Below, in pieces: positions 1 through 9,598 of a DNA stretch of 32,000 nucleotides. A program made the translations under genes and the position numbers. The DNA is taken from positions 1,530,001 to 1,562,000 of the forward strand of contig NC_009664.2 in the NCBI RefSeq assembly GCF_000017305.1. Reading direction: 5' to 3'. Numbering within the stretch: position 1 is the stretch's first letter; each line of letters starts with the position of its first letter. The stretch comes from Kineococcus radiotolerans SRS30216 = ATCC BAA-149. GTDB taxonomy: Bacteria; Actinomycetota; Actinomycetes; Actinomycetales; Kineococcaceae. The notes beneath the pieces were generated by a model. The model had not been told where the DNA came from. It ran no database searches and saw nothing but the letters and a program-made list of their open reading frames with translations.

Positions 1-633
1 AGCGTCGACGTGTCCGCGACCCTCGCCGAGGCGCTGCCGGTGTACCTGGTGCTCGTCGTCGGGCTCGCGCTCGTCCTGCTGGTGCTGGTGTTCCGCTCCA
101 TCGCGGTGCCGGTCGTGGGGGTCCTGGGCTTCCTGCTGACGATCGGCGCGGCCCTGGGCGCGACGACGGCGGTGTTCCAGTGGGGCTGGCTGAAGGACCT
201 CGTGCACGCCGAGAGCACCGGCCCGCTGCTGAGCCTGGCCCCGATCATCGTCGTCGGGATCCTCTTCGGCCTGGCCATGGACTACCAGGTGTTCCTCGTC
301 TCCCGGATGCACGAGGCGCACGCCCACGGCGAGGACCCCGTGCAGGCCGTGCGGACCGGCTTCCGGCAGGCGGCGCCGGTCGTGGTGGCGGCCGCGGCGA
401 TCATGTTCGCGGTGTTCGCGGGCTTCGTCCCCGAGGGGGACGCCACGATCCAGCCCATCGCCTTCGCGCTGGCCGTGGGGATCCTCGCCGACGCCGTCGT
501 CGTCCGGATGGTCGCCGTCCCGGCGGCGCTGTCGCTGCTGGGACCCGCGGCGTGGTGGCTGCCGCGGTGGCTGCGCTGGCTGCCGACGCTGGACGTGGAG
601 GGGACCGCGCTGGAGCGGACGCGGGCCGGCTGA
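1..633 (+). CDS. MMPL/RND-superfamily membrane transporter, C-terminal fragment (5' end outside window)
   Basis: Frame is open from base 1 (same frame as ORF 10..633). Several hydrophobic TM segments plus LAMDYQVFLVSRMHE, typical of the last TM bundle of MMPL proteins. High GC3. Confidence 0.75.
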   Translation, partial: SVDVSATLAEALPVYLVLVVGLALVLLVLVFRSIAVPVVGVLGFLLTIGAALGATTAVFQWGWLKDLVHAESTGPLLSLAPIIVVGILFGLAMDYQVFLVSRMHEAHAHGEDPVQAVRTGFRQAAPVVVAAAAIMFAVFAGFVPEGDATIQPIAFALAVGILADAVVVRMVAVPAALSLLGPAAWWLPRWLRWLPTLDVEGTALERTRAG

Positions 634-671
634 GCCGGGCCCGGGGCGCCCGCGCGGCGACGCGGAGGGGG

Positions 672-1520
672 TCAGGGTTCCCGGCGGGCCGACCCCTCCG
701 CGTCCCGGCTCAGCGCGAGGGTGAGCCCGCGCTGGGCGACGCCGACGAGCCCGACGCCGGACATCTCCTCGAACGGGACCCAGCGGGCGAGGTCGGTGCT
801 GCCGCCCACGTCGAGCACCTCGGGCACCCGGACCCGCGTCGGCGTGGCCGTCACCAGGATGCGGACGGCGTGGAAGTCCTCCAGGACCCCGCGCGGGGAG
901 CGGCCGGTGAAGTGCTCGGAACCGACCTCGGCCAGGCCGGTCACCTCGACGTCCATGCCGGTCTCCTCGTGCACCTCCCGCACGACGGCCGCGACCGGGT
1001 GCTCGCCGTGGTCCACCCCGCCGCCGGGCAGCGTCCAGCGGCCGGGGCTGGGGGTCAGCGGGCTCAGCCGGGTCAGCAGCAGCGCCCCGTCGGCCACGAC
1101 GACGGCGTAGCAGGCCAGCCGCTGCCGCACGACGGGGACGTCGGGGTCCTCGCCCGGGGCGAGCCGGCGCAGTTCGGCCTCCTCGACGGCGACGAGCGCG
1201 TCCGCCACCAGCGGCCACCGCTCCCCCCGCCCGGCGACGTCCAGCCACTCCCCCGCCGGCGGGCGCGGGGCGCGGGCGGCGAGGACGAGGTGGACGGTGT
1301 GGACGTCGACGGGACCCCCCGCGTGCTCCACCTCGCGGCGCCCGTCGTGGACGGCCAGCAGGCCCTCGACCTCGCTGCCGTCGCCGAGGGTGCGCCGCAG
1401 CGCCGCCGCCGGGGTCTCCCCGTGGGCCAGCACCGTCCACGGCAGGGCCCCGTCGACGACCAGCAGGCGCCCGTCGACGACGACGGCCGCGTGCACGGCG
1501 ACGCGCTGCAACCGCCTCAC
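672..1520 (-). CDS. Nudix hydrolase with degenerate N-terminal and canonical C-terminal Nudix domain
   Basis: Canonical Nudix box GGGVDHGEHPVAAVVREVHEETG (GX5EX7REUXEEXGU) in the C-terminal half. Start set at GTG 1520, which forms a GTGA overlap with the stop of the upstream gene (1517-1520); the ORF-track start at 1646 would overlap that gene by 130 nt. Confidence 0.8.
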   Translation of the reverse strand: MRRLQRVAVHAAVVVDGRLLVVDGALPWTVLAHGETPAAALRRTLGDGSEVEGLLAVHDGRREVEHAGGPVDVHTVHLVLAARAPRPPAGEWLDVAGRGERWPLVADALVAVEEAELRRLAPGEDPDVPVVRQRLACYAVVVADGALLLTRLSPLTPSPGRWTLPGGGVDHGEHPVAAVVREVHEETGMDVEVTGLAEVGSEHFTGRSPRGVLEDFHAVRILVTATPTRVRVPEVLDVGGSTDLARWVPFEEMSGVGLVGVAQRGLTLALSRDAEGSARREP

Positions 1521-1900
1521 GCGGTGGCGCGCGGGGCTCGGCGAGCGCCCAGGTGGACCTGCGCGTAGCGGGTGTTCCTGCGCTCGGCGTAGAAGGAGAG
1601 GAAGGGGACCGTGCCCGCGAGCGCGGTCAGCACCATCCGACCCCACGACCAGCGCAGGCGGTTGCCGAGGTCGAAGGTCGTGATGAGGAGGAGGACGTAG
1701 AGCCAGCCGTGGGCGACGCCGACGACCTCGACGACGCCGCTGCCGCCCCCGAACCAGCCGAGGTACTTCTGCGGCATCCCCACCAGGACGAGGACGACGA
1801 GGCCGATGCCCGTCAGCCAGGCCATCACCCGGTAGCGCGTCAGCGCCGCCCGGACCTTGGGGACCGAACGCAGGCCACCGGCCGCTCCGTCAGCACTCAC
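1517..1900 (-). CDS. DUF3817-like integral membrane protein
   Basis: 127 aa, 4 predicted TM helices, RLRWSW motif and FYAERR tail as I recall for DUF3817. GTG start at 1900 overlaps the upstream stop (GTGA, 1897-1900). Confidence 0.7.
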   Translation of the reverse strand: MSADGAAGGLRSVPKVRAALTRYRVMAWLTGIGLVVLVLVGMPQKYLGWFGGGSGVVEVVGVAHGWLYVLLLITTFDLGNRLRWSWGRMVLTALAGTVPFLSFYAERRNTRYAQVHLGARRAPRATA

Positions 1901-2712
1901 CGGGCACCACTCATGTCTCGTCCTCCGGAACCGTCCACCTGCTCGTCGTCCGAGCCGTCGCCGGCGTCGTCCTCCCCGGGATCATCCCCCACGTCCGCAC
2001 GCTCGTCGCGCACGACCCGCACCCAGAGGACGACGGCGAAGAGGGCGAAGACCCACCACTGGGCGGCGTAGGCGAGGTTGCGCCAGTCCAGGCGCCGGGA
2101 GGCCTGCCCCGGGTCCTCGGCGGGGACGGGGCGCAGCCCCGCGGGCGGGGCGGCGTCGGTGACGTAGGCGTTGGCGACGGGGTAGTCGACGCGGTTGACC
2201 AGGTCGGCGGCGCTGACGATCCAGGTCTGCCCGGCGGGCAGGGCCGCGCTGGAGGGGGCGAGGTCGGAGCCCTCGGGGGGCTGGAGGGTGCCGGTGAGGT
2301 CGACGGGCCCGGCGGGCGGAGCGGGGGTGGTCCCGCCCCGGGGGACCCACCCGCGCACGACGGGCACGCCGGAGCCGTCGGGGAGGCGGACGACGCCGAG
2401 GGCCCAGGCGCCGACGGTCCCGTCCAGCTCGCGGCCGGGGACGAGGAGGTCCACGGCGGGGTCGTAGGTGCCGGCGACCCGGACGCGGCGGCCCACCTCG
2501 TCGGCGGACAGGACCGAGCGCGGTCCCGTCGCGCCGGCGTCGACGACCTCCTGCACGGCCACGACGGGGCGGGCGGCGGGGGGCTCGGTGACGACGACGT
2601 TGCCGCGCTGCCACTGCCAGACGCCGAGGACGGAGCAGGCCAGCGCCACGACCAGGGCCACCACGCCCAGCCCGGCGAGGCGGGCGTTCAGCGCGCGGTG
2701 GTCGTCTGGCAC
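1897..2712 (-). CDS. SURF1-family protein (cytochrome oxidase assembly-like)
   Basis: N-terminal TM followed by GVWQWQRG, which resembles the SURF1 signature. C-terminal TM (AAQWWVFALFAVVLWV) and an acidic tail. GTG start at 2712. Confidence 0.7.
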   Translation of the reverse strand: MPDDHRALNARLAGLGVVALVVALACSVLGVWQWQRGNVVVTEPPAARPVVAVQEVVDAGATGPRSVLSADEVGRRVRVAGTYDPAVDLLVPGRELDGTVGAWALGVVRLPDGSGVPVVRGWVPRGGTTPAPPAGPVDLTGTLQPPEGSDLAPSSAALPAGQTWIVSAADLVNRVDYPVANAYVTDAAPPAGLRPVPAEDPGQASRRLDWRNLAYAAQWWVFALFAVVLWVRVVRDERADVGDDPGEDDAGDGSDDEQVDGSGGRDMSGAR

Positions 2713-2746
2713 GCGGTCAGGCTACGGGCCCGGCCCGGCGGGGCGG

Positions 2747-2947
2747 TCAGGTCGTGCGCCCGAGCTGGTGGCGCCGGACCGTGAATCTGGTAGCGGTACT
2801 GCGCGGACGGCGGTAGCGCTTCTCGGCGCGGGGGCGGTCGGACCGCGGGGCGGCTCCGGGGTAGCGGGTGTCGGCTCCGACGAGGGGAGCCGCGACGGCC
2901 AGCACGAGGAGGAGGCCGAGGACGATCAGGAGGCTCACCGGGACCAC
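2747..2947 (-). CDS. hypothetical small membrane protein (66 aa), uncertain
   Basis: One clear N-terminal TM helix (VSLLIVLGLLLVLAVAAPLV) then an Arg-rich tail. Fairly high GC3 but no recognisable RBS. The region also carries repeated GGTAGCG motifs, so it could be regulatory DNA instead. Confidence 0.3.
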   Translation of the reverse strand: MVPVSLLIVLGLLLVLAVAAPLVGADTRYPGAAPRSDRPRAEKRYRRPRSTATRFTVRRHQLGRTT

Positions 2948-2992
2948 CGACCGCTACCGGTCGCGGGGACGAAAGCGCTATTGTCTCTTCTC

Positions 2993-4366
2993 ATGGACAA
3001 CGGTAGCAGTGTGGAACGCGTCACCGCCACCCTCCGCGGGCTGGCCGCGGCCCTGCCCGCCGGGTCCAAGCTGCCGAGCAGCCGGCGCCTGGTGGGCGAC
3101 CTCGGGGTGGGACCGGTCACCGTCCAGCGCGCCATCGACGCCCTCGTCGCCGACGGGACGGTGCTCACCCGCCCCGGCGCCGGCACGTTCGTGGCCCGCG
3201 CGACCCGCACCCAGACCGTCGACACCGACTGGCAGCGCGTCGCCCTCGGCGCCTCCCCCGTGCGGGCCGAGGGCGTCGTGTCGGCGCTCTCGATGCCCTC
3301 GCGCGACGTCCTGGACATGTCCCGCGGGTACCTGGACCTCACCCTGCAGCCCTCCTCGCGCCTGGCCGCCGCCACGGCCCGCGCCGCCCGCCGCCCCGAG
3401 GCGTGGTCGGTGCCGCCGGTGGCCGGCACCCCCGAGCTGCGGACGTGGTTCGCCCAGCAGCTCGGCGCCGACCGCGAGGACGTCCTCATCAGCCCCGGCG
3501 GGCAGGGCGCGCTCTCCACCGTGCTGCGCTCCATCGTGCCCGCGGGCAGTCCCGTGCTCGTCGCCGTGCCCAGCTACCCCGGCGCCATCGCCCTGCTGCG
3601 CAGCGCCGGCCTCGTGCCCATCCCCGTGCCCACCGACACCGACGGGGTGCGTCCGGAGCTGCTGGAGCGGGCCTTCGAGCAGACCGGCTCGCGCCTGCTC
3701 TACCTCCAGCCCACCTACGCCAACCCCGACGGCCACGTCCTCGCCGCCGACCGCCGCCGCCCGGTGCTGGAGATCGCCGCCCGGGCGGGGGCGTTCATCG
3801 TCGAGGACGACTTCGCCCGCTGGCTCGGGCACGGCCCCACCCCGCCGCCCTCGCTGCTGCGCGACGACACCGACGGGCGCGTCATCACCGTGAACTCCCT
3901 CAGCAAGGCCGCCGGACCCAGCCTGCGGATCGGCTGCGTCGTCGCGCGGGGGCCGGTGGCGCAGCGCATCGCGGGCCTGCAGGTGGTGGACCACCTCATC
4001 GTGGCCCGCCCCCTGCAGGAGGCCGCGGTGGAGCTGGTCACCGGGGCGGGGTGGAACGCGCACCTGCGCTCGCTCTCGGCCGCCCTCAACGCCCGCGCCG
4101 CCCGGCTGGTGACGGCGCTGAACCGGGAACTGCCCGACTGCACCTTCACCCGGCCCCGCGGCGGGTTCTCGCTCTGGCTGCGCCTGCCCCGGGGCACCGA
4201 CGACGTCGAGCTGGCCCGCCGCGCCCTGGACCGGGGCCTGGCCGTGGGCCCGGGCCGCAACTACGCGGTGGCCGAGGAGGACGCCGCCCACCTGCGGCTG
4301 TGCTTCGCCGCCCTCCCGGAGCAGCACGTCGACGCCGCCGTGCGGATCCTGGCGGACTCCTTCTGA
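2993..4366 (+). CDS. MocR/PdxR-type regulator (GntR winged-HTH fused to fold-type I aminotransferase-like domain)
   Basis: N-terminal wHTH LPSSRRLVGDLGVGPVTVQRAIDALVADG. C-terminal aminotransferase-like domain with the PLP-lysine motif NSLSKAAGPSLRIG. ATG at 2993 is the first plausible start in frame with ORF 2468..4366. Confidence 0.85.
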   Translation: MDNGSSVERVTATLRGLAAALPAGSKLPSSRRLVGDLGVGPVTVQRAIDALVADGTVLTRPGAGTFVARATRTQTVDTDWQRVALGASPVRAEGVVSALSMPSRDVLDMSRGYLDLTLQPSSRLAAATARAARRPEAWSVPPVAGTPELRTWFAQQLGADREDVLISPGGQGALSTVLRSIVPAGSPVLVAVPSYPGAIALLRSAGLVPIPVPTDTDGVRPELLERAFEQTGSRLLYLQPTYANPDGHVLAADRRRPVLEIAARAGAFIVEDDFARWLGHGPTPPPSLLRDDTDGRVITVNSLSKAAGPSLRIGCVVARGPVAQRIAGLQVVDHLIVARPLQEAAVELVTGAGWNAHLRSLSAALNARAARLVTALNRELPDCTFTRPRGGFSLWLRLPRGTDDVELARRALDRGLAVGPGRNYAVAEEDAAHLRLCFAALPEQHVDAAVRILADSF

Positions 4367-4455
4367 GCCCCTCCCCCGTCGTCTCGCCGCCACCGGGGTG
4401 GACGCGCGATGATGGTCCCGGCACCGGGACCGTCCCGGCGGACGGCGGGAGGCGC

Positions 4456-6096
4456 GTGACCGGGCGGGAACTGCTGGACGTCCTGGAGAACATGCCCGTG
4501 GGCTACCTCGGCCTGGACCGCGACTGGCGGATCACCCACGTCAACGTCGAGGGCGAGCGCGTCGCCGGCACCCCCCGCGAGGAGCTCGTCGGCCGCTCGC
4601 TGTGGGAGGCGTTCCCCGCCACCGTCGGCACCGGCTTCGAGGACAACTACCGCCACGCCGTGCGGGAAGGGGTCGACGTCGTCTTCGACGCCCACTACCC
4701 CTCCCCGCTCGACGTCTGGCTGGAGGTGCGCGCGGTCCCCGACGAGGACGGGCTGGCCCTGTACTTCGTCGACGTCACCGAGCGCCGGCGCGCGCAGGAC
4801 GCGCGCGACGCCGCCGCCGGCCGGTTGCAGCGGGTCGCCCGGTTCGCCCTCGCCCTCAGCGGGGTGGAGACCATCGCCGACCTGGTGCGGACCGTCGCCG
4901 AGGACGGGCTCGACGAGCTCGGCTGCAACGGCGGCGCGGTGGCCCTCTTCGACCCCGCCGACGACCAGGTGCTGCTCTCCCACGTCGCCTCCAGCTACGG
5001 CGGCGCCGCCCAGGCCTCCTACGGGCGCCTGCCCCTCTCGGCGGACCTGCCCGTCGCGCACGCCGCCCGCACCGGGCGCCCGGTCCTGCTGCTGGACCGC
5101 GAGGCCTGCCTGGCCTTCTCCCCCGGGATGGCGCAGGTGCTGCGGCTGACCGGGTCCGAGGCCTTCGCCAGCCTGCCCCTGCGCTCGGGGGGACGGGTCG
5201 TCGGCGTGGTGACCGCGGGCTGGGCCACCGCCCAGCCCTACGACGACGACCAGCTCGTCCTGCTGGAGACCTTCGCCGCGCAGTGCGCGCCCGTGCTGGC
5301 CCGCCTGCAGTCCCTGGAGTCCGAGCGCGCCGCCGCCGGCCGGGTCGCGGGGATGTCGCTGGCCCTGCAGCGCTCCCTGCTCACCGACCTCCCCCGGCCC
5401 GCGGGCCTGGAACTGGCCGCGCGCTACGTCCCCGCCGCCGACGAGGCCCAGGTCGGGGGCGACTGGTACGACGCGTTCACCGTTCCCGGCGGCTCCACGC
5501 TGCTCGTCGTGGGCGACGTCAGCGGCCACGACCGGACCGCCGCCGTGCAGATGGCCCAGCTGCGCAACGTGCTGCGCGGCACCGCGCACGCCGTCGTCGA
5601 GCCGCCGGCGGCGATCCTGCGGGCCCTGGACCGGGCGCTGGAGGACCTGGCCGTGGGGGCGCTGGCCACCACCGTCCTGGCCCGGATCGACCGCAGCCTT
5701 GACGACAGTGACGGCGCGGGCTCCCCCTCGACGCTGCGGTGGTCCAACGCCGGGCACCCGCCGCCGCTGGTGCTGCACCCCGACGGGCGCGCGGAACTGC
5801 TCGCCCGCCCCAGCGACCTGCTGCTGGGCCTCGGCCTGGACACCGAGCGCCAGGACCACGCCTGCGCCCTGCCCGCCGGGGCGACGGTGCTGCTCTACAC
5901 CGACGGCCTCGTCGAGCGGCGCGGCGAGGACCTCGACCTCGGGCTGCAGCGGCTGGCCGGGACGGCCGCCTCGCTGGCCCACCTGGGCGTGCAGGAACTC
6001 TGCGACGAGCTCCTGCACCGCCTGGCCGAGGACAGCGAGGACGACGTCGCGCTGCTCGCCGTGCGGGTCCTGGACGGCCCGCGCCCCGCGCCCTGA
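4456..6096 (+). CDS. PAS-GAF-PP2C (SpoIIE/RsbU-type) serine phosphatase
   Basis: PAS-like N-terminus (LENMPVGYLGLDRDWRITHVNVEGERVAG), a central GAF-like segment, and PP2C motifs GGDWYDAF, VVGDVSGHD, LLLYTDGLVE. GTG 4456 is preceded by GGGAGG (4446-4451). Confidence 0.85.
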   Translation: MTGRELLDVLENMPVGYLGLDRDWRITHVNVEGERVAGTPREELVGRSLWEAFPATVGTGFEDNYRHAVREGVDVVFDAHYPSPLDVWLEVRAVPDEDGLALYFVDVTERRRAQDARDAAAGRLQRVARFALALSGVETIADLVRTVAEDGLDELGCNGGAVALFDPADDQVLLSHVASSYGGAAQASYGRLPLSADLPVAHAARTGRPVLLLDREACLAFSPGMAQVLRLTGSEAFASLPLRSGGRVVGVVTAGWATAQPYDDDQLVLLETFAAQCAPVLARLQSLESERAAAGRVAGMSLALQRSLLTDLPRPAGLELAARYVPAADEAQVGGDWYDAFTVPGGSTLLVVGDVSGHDRTAAVQMAQLRNVLRGTAHAVVEPPAAILRALDRALEDLAVGALATTVLARIDRSLDDSDGAGSPSTLRWSNAGHPPPLVLHPDGRAELLARPSDLLLGLGLDTERQDHACALPAGATVLLYTDGLVERRGEDLDLGLQRLAGTAASLAHLGVQELCDELLHRLAEDSEDDVALLAVRVLDGPRPAP

Positions 6097-6132
6097 GGCG
6101 CAGGGCGGGCGCGGGCTCAGCCCCGCGGGCCC

Positions 6133-7777
<1,645 letters not shown>

Positions 7778-7855
7778 CCAAGGGTAGCCGGGAGCGACGG
7801 GGCCGACGGCAAACCTGTGGGCACCGGTGCCGGAAGCCGGTTACCGTCGTCCCTC

Positions 7856-9598
7856 GTGCGCTCTCTCCCCCTGAGCGATCCCGGCACCCCCGACGTCACC
7901 TCCCCCCTGCGCTTCCTGCTGCGCACGGCCGCCCAGCAGTGGCGGCCCATGGTGGTCGGCTCCGCGATCGGGACCGTCTGGATGCTGTCGCAGGCCGTGC
8001 TGCCCGCGGCCATCGGCCGCGCCGTCGACCTCGGCGTCGTCGCCGGGGACGCCGGCGCCCTCACCCGGTGGTCCCTCGTCGTCCTCGCCCTCGCCGTCGT
8101 CACCGCGACGGCCGCGGTCCTGCGCCACCGCTTCGGGGTGACGAACTGGCTCACCGCCTGCTTCCGCACCCTGCAGCAGGTCGGGCGGCACAGCGCCCGC
8201 GCCGGGACCGCGGTCACCCGCGAGCTCCCGCAGGGCGAGGTCCTCGCCTCCATCGCCTCCGACGGCCCGCGCCTGGCCGACGCCTTCGACGTCACCCAGC
8301 GGGCCGTGGCCTCGGTCGCGGCGGTGGCCGTGGTGGCCGTCCTGGTGCTGCGGACCTCGGTGCCCCTGGGCCTGGTCGTCCTCGTCGGGGTGCCGCTGGT
8401 GATGGCGGTGCTGCTGTTCGTGCTGAAGCCGCTGCAGGCGCGCCAGCGCCTGCACCGCAAGCTGTCGGGCGAGCTGACCTCCATCGGCACCGACACCGTG
8501 CGGGGGCTGCGGATCCTGCGCGGCATCGGCGGCGAGGAGGTCTTCCTCGGCCGCTACCGCGCCAAGAGCCAGCAGGTGCGCGCCGCCGGGGTCCGGGTGG
8601 CGACCTGGGAGTCGGCGCTGGAGGCGCTGCAGGTCCTCGTCCCGGGCCTGCTGGTGGCCGCCCTGGTGTGGGCCGGGGCCCGGGCCGCGGTCCGCGGGGA
8701 GATCACCGCCGGCGACCTCGTCGCCCTCTACGGCTACGCGGCCTTCCTCACCTCCCCGCTGCGGATGCTGGTGGAGGCCGCCGACAAGTACGTCCGCGCC
8801 CTCGTCGCCGCCCGGCGCCTCACCACCCTGCTCGAGGTGCCGCCCGCGGTCACCGACGACGGGCGCGCGAGCAGCCCCGGCGGCGACCTCGCCGACCCCG
8901 ACTCCGGCGTGGTCGTCCCCGCCGGCGGGCTGACGGCCCTCGTCTGCGACCCGCCCGAGGACGCCGCCGAGCTGGCGCGGCGCCTCACCCGCTTCGACGA
9001 CGCCACCCGCGCCACCTTCGGCGGGGTCGCCCTGCGCGACCTGCCGGTCGCCGAGGTCCGCCGCCGCGTGCTGCTGGCCGAGGACGACGCGCAGCTGTTC
9101 AGCGGCACCCTGCGCGAGCAGGTCGACCCCGAGGCCCGCCACGGCGACGCCGAGGTGCTGGAGGTCCTGCGGGTCGCCGACGCCCTCGACGTCCTCGAGG
9201 CCGTCGACGGCGGGCTGGCCGCCACCGTCACCGAGCGCGGCCGCTCGCTGTCGGGGGGCCAGCGCCAGCGCCTGGCCCTGGCCCGGGTGCTGCTGCGCGA
9301 GCCCGAGGCCCTCGTCCTCGTCGAACCCACCAGCGCCGTCGACGCCCACACCGAGGCCCGCATCGCCCACCGGCTCCGGACGGCCCGGGCCGGGCGCACG
9401 ACCGTCGTCGCCACGGCCAGCCCGCTCGTCCTGCCCCTGGTCGACTCGGTCTGCTGGGTGCGCGCGGGGCGCCTGGTGGCCCGCGGCCGCCACGGCGACC
9501 TGCTGGCCACCGACCCCGACTACCGCCGCTACGTGACCCGCGACGCGACGCTGCCGCCCCCGCGGCGGCCCGTCGCCCTGGAGGAGGAGACGGCGTGA
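7856..9598 (+). CDS. ABC exporter permease/ATPase-like subunit with degenerate NBD (no P-loop)
   Basis: Six-TM exporter-type TMD followed by an NBD. The NBD keeps the signature LSGGQRQR (9248-9262). Walker A is replaced by CDPPEDAAE (8945-8971), Walker B reads LVLVEPTSAVD (Asp lost), and the H-loop His becomes Ser (TVVATASPL). Start at GTG 7856; alternative ATG 7949. Confidence 0.85.
   Translation: MRSLPLSDPGTPDVTSPLRFLLRTAAQQWRPMVVGSAIGTVWMLSQAVLPAAIGRAVDLGVVAGDAGALTRWSLVVLALAVVTATAAVLRHRFGVTNWLTACFRTLQQVGRHSARAGTAVTRELPQGEVLASIASDGPRLADAFDVTQRAVASVAAVAVVAVLVLRTSVPLGLVVLVGVPLVMAVLLFVLKPLQARQRLHRKLSGELTSIGTDTVRGLRILRGIGGEEVFLGRYRAKSQQVRAAGVRVATWESALEALQVLVPGLLVAALVWAGARAAVRGEITAGDLVALYGYAAFLTSPLRMLVEAADKYVRALVAARRLTTLLEVPPAVTDDGRASSPGGDLADPDSGVVVPAGGLTALVCDPPEDAAELARRLTRFDDATRATFGGVALRDLPVAEVRRRVLLAEDDAQLFSGTLREQVDPEARHGDAEVLEVLRVADALDVLEAVDGGLAATVTERGRSLSGGQRQRLALARVLLREPEALVLVEPTSAVDAHTEARIAHRLRTARAGRTTVVATASPLVLPLVDSVCWVRAGRLVARGRHGDLLATDPDYRRYVTRDATLPPPRRPVALEEETA

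Noticed and set aside
2468-2992. 175-codon N-terminal extension of the MocR-type ORF
   Set aside because: It overlaps the SURF1 gene and the small ORF on the other strand and has an Arg/Thr/Ser/Ala-rich composition. The wHTH begins right after ATG 2993.
7778-7855. Possible purine/guanine riboswitch or other structured leader upstream of guaA (also upstream of guaB at 17275-17283)
   Set aside because: The leaders are too short (78 nt shared divergent region, and 9 nt) to hold a riboswitch aptamer, and no conserved riboswitch-like junction sequences were seen.
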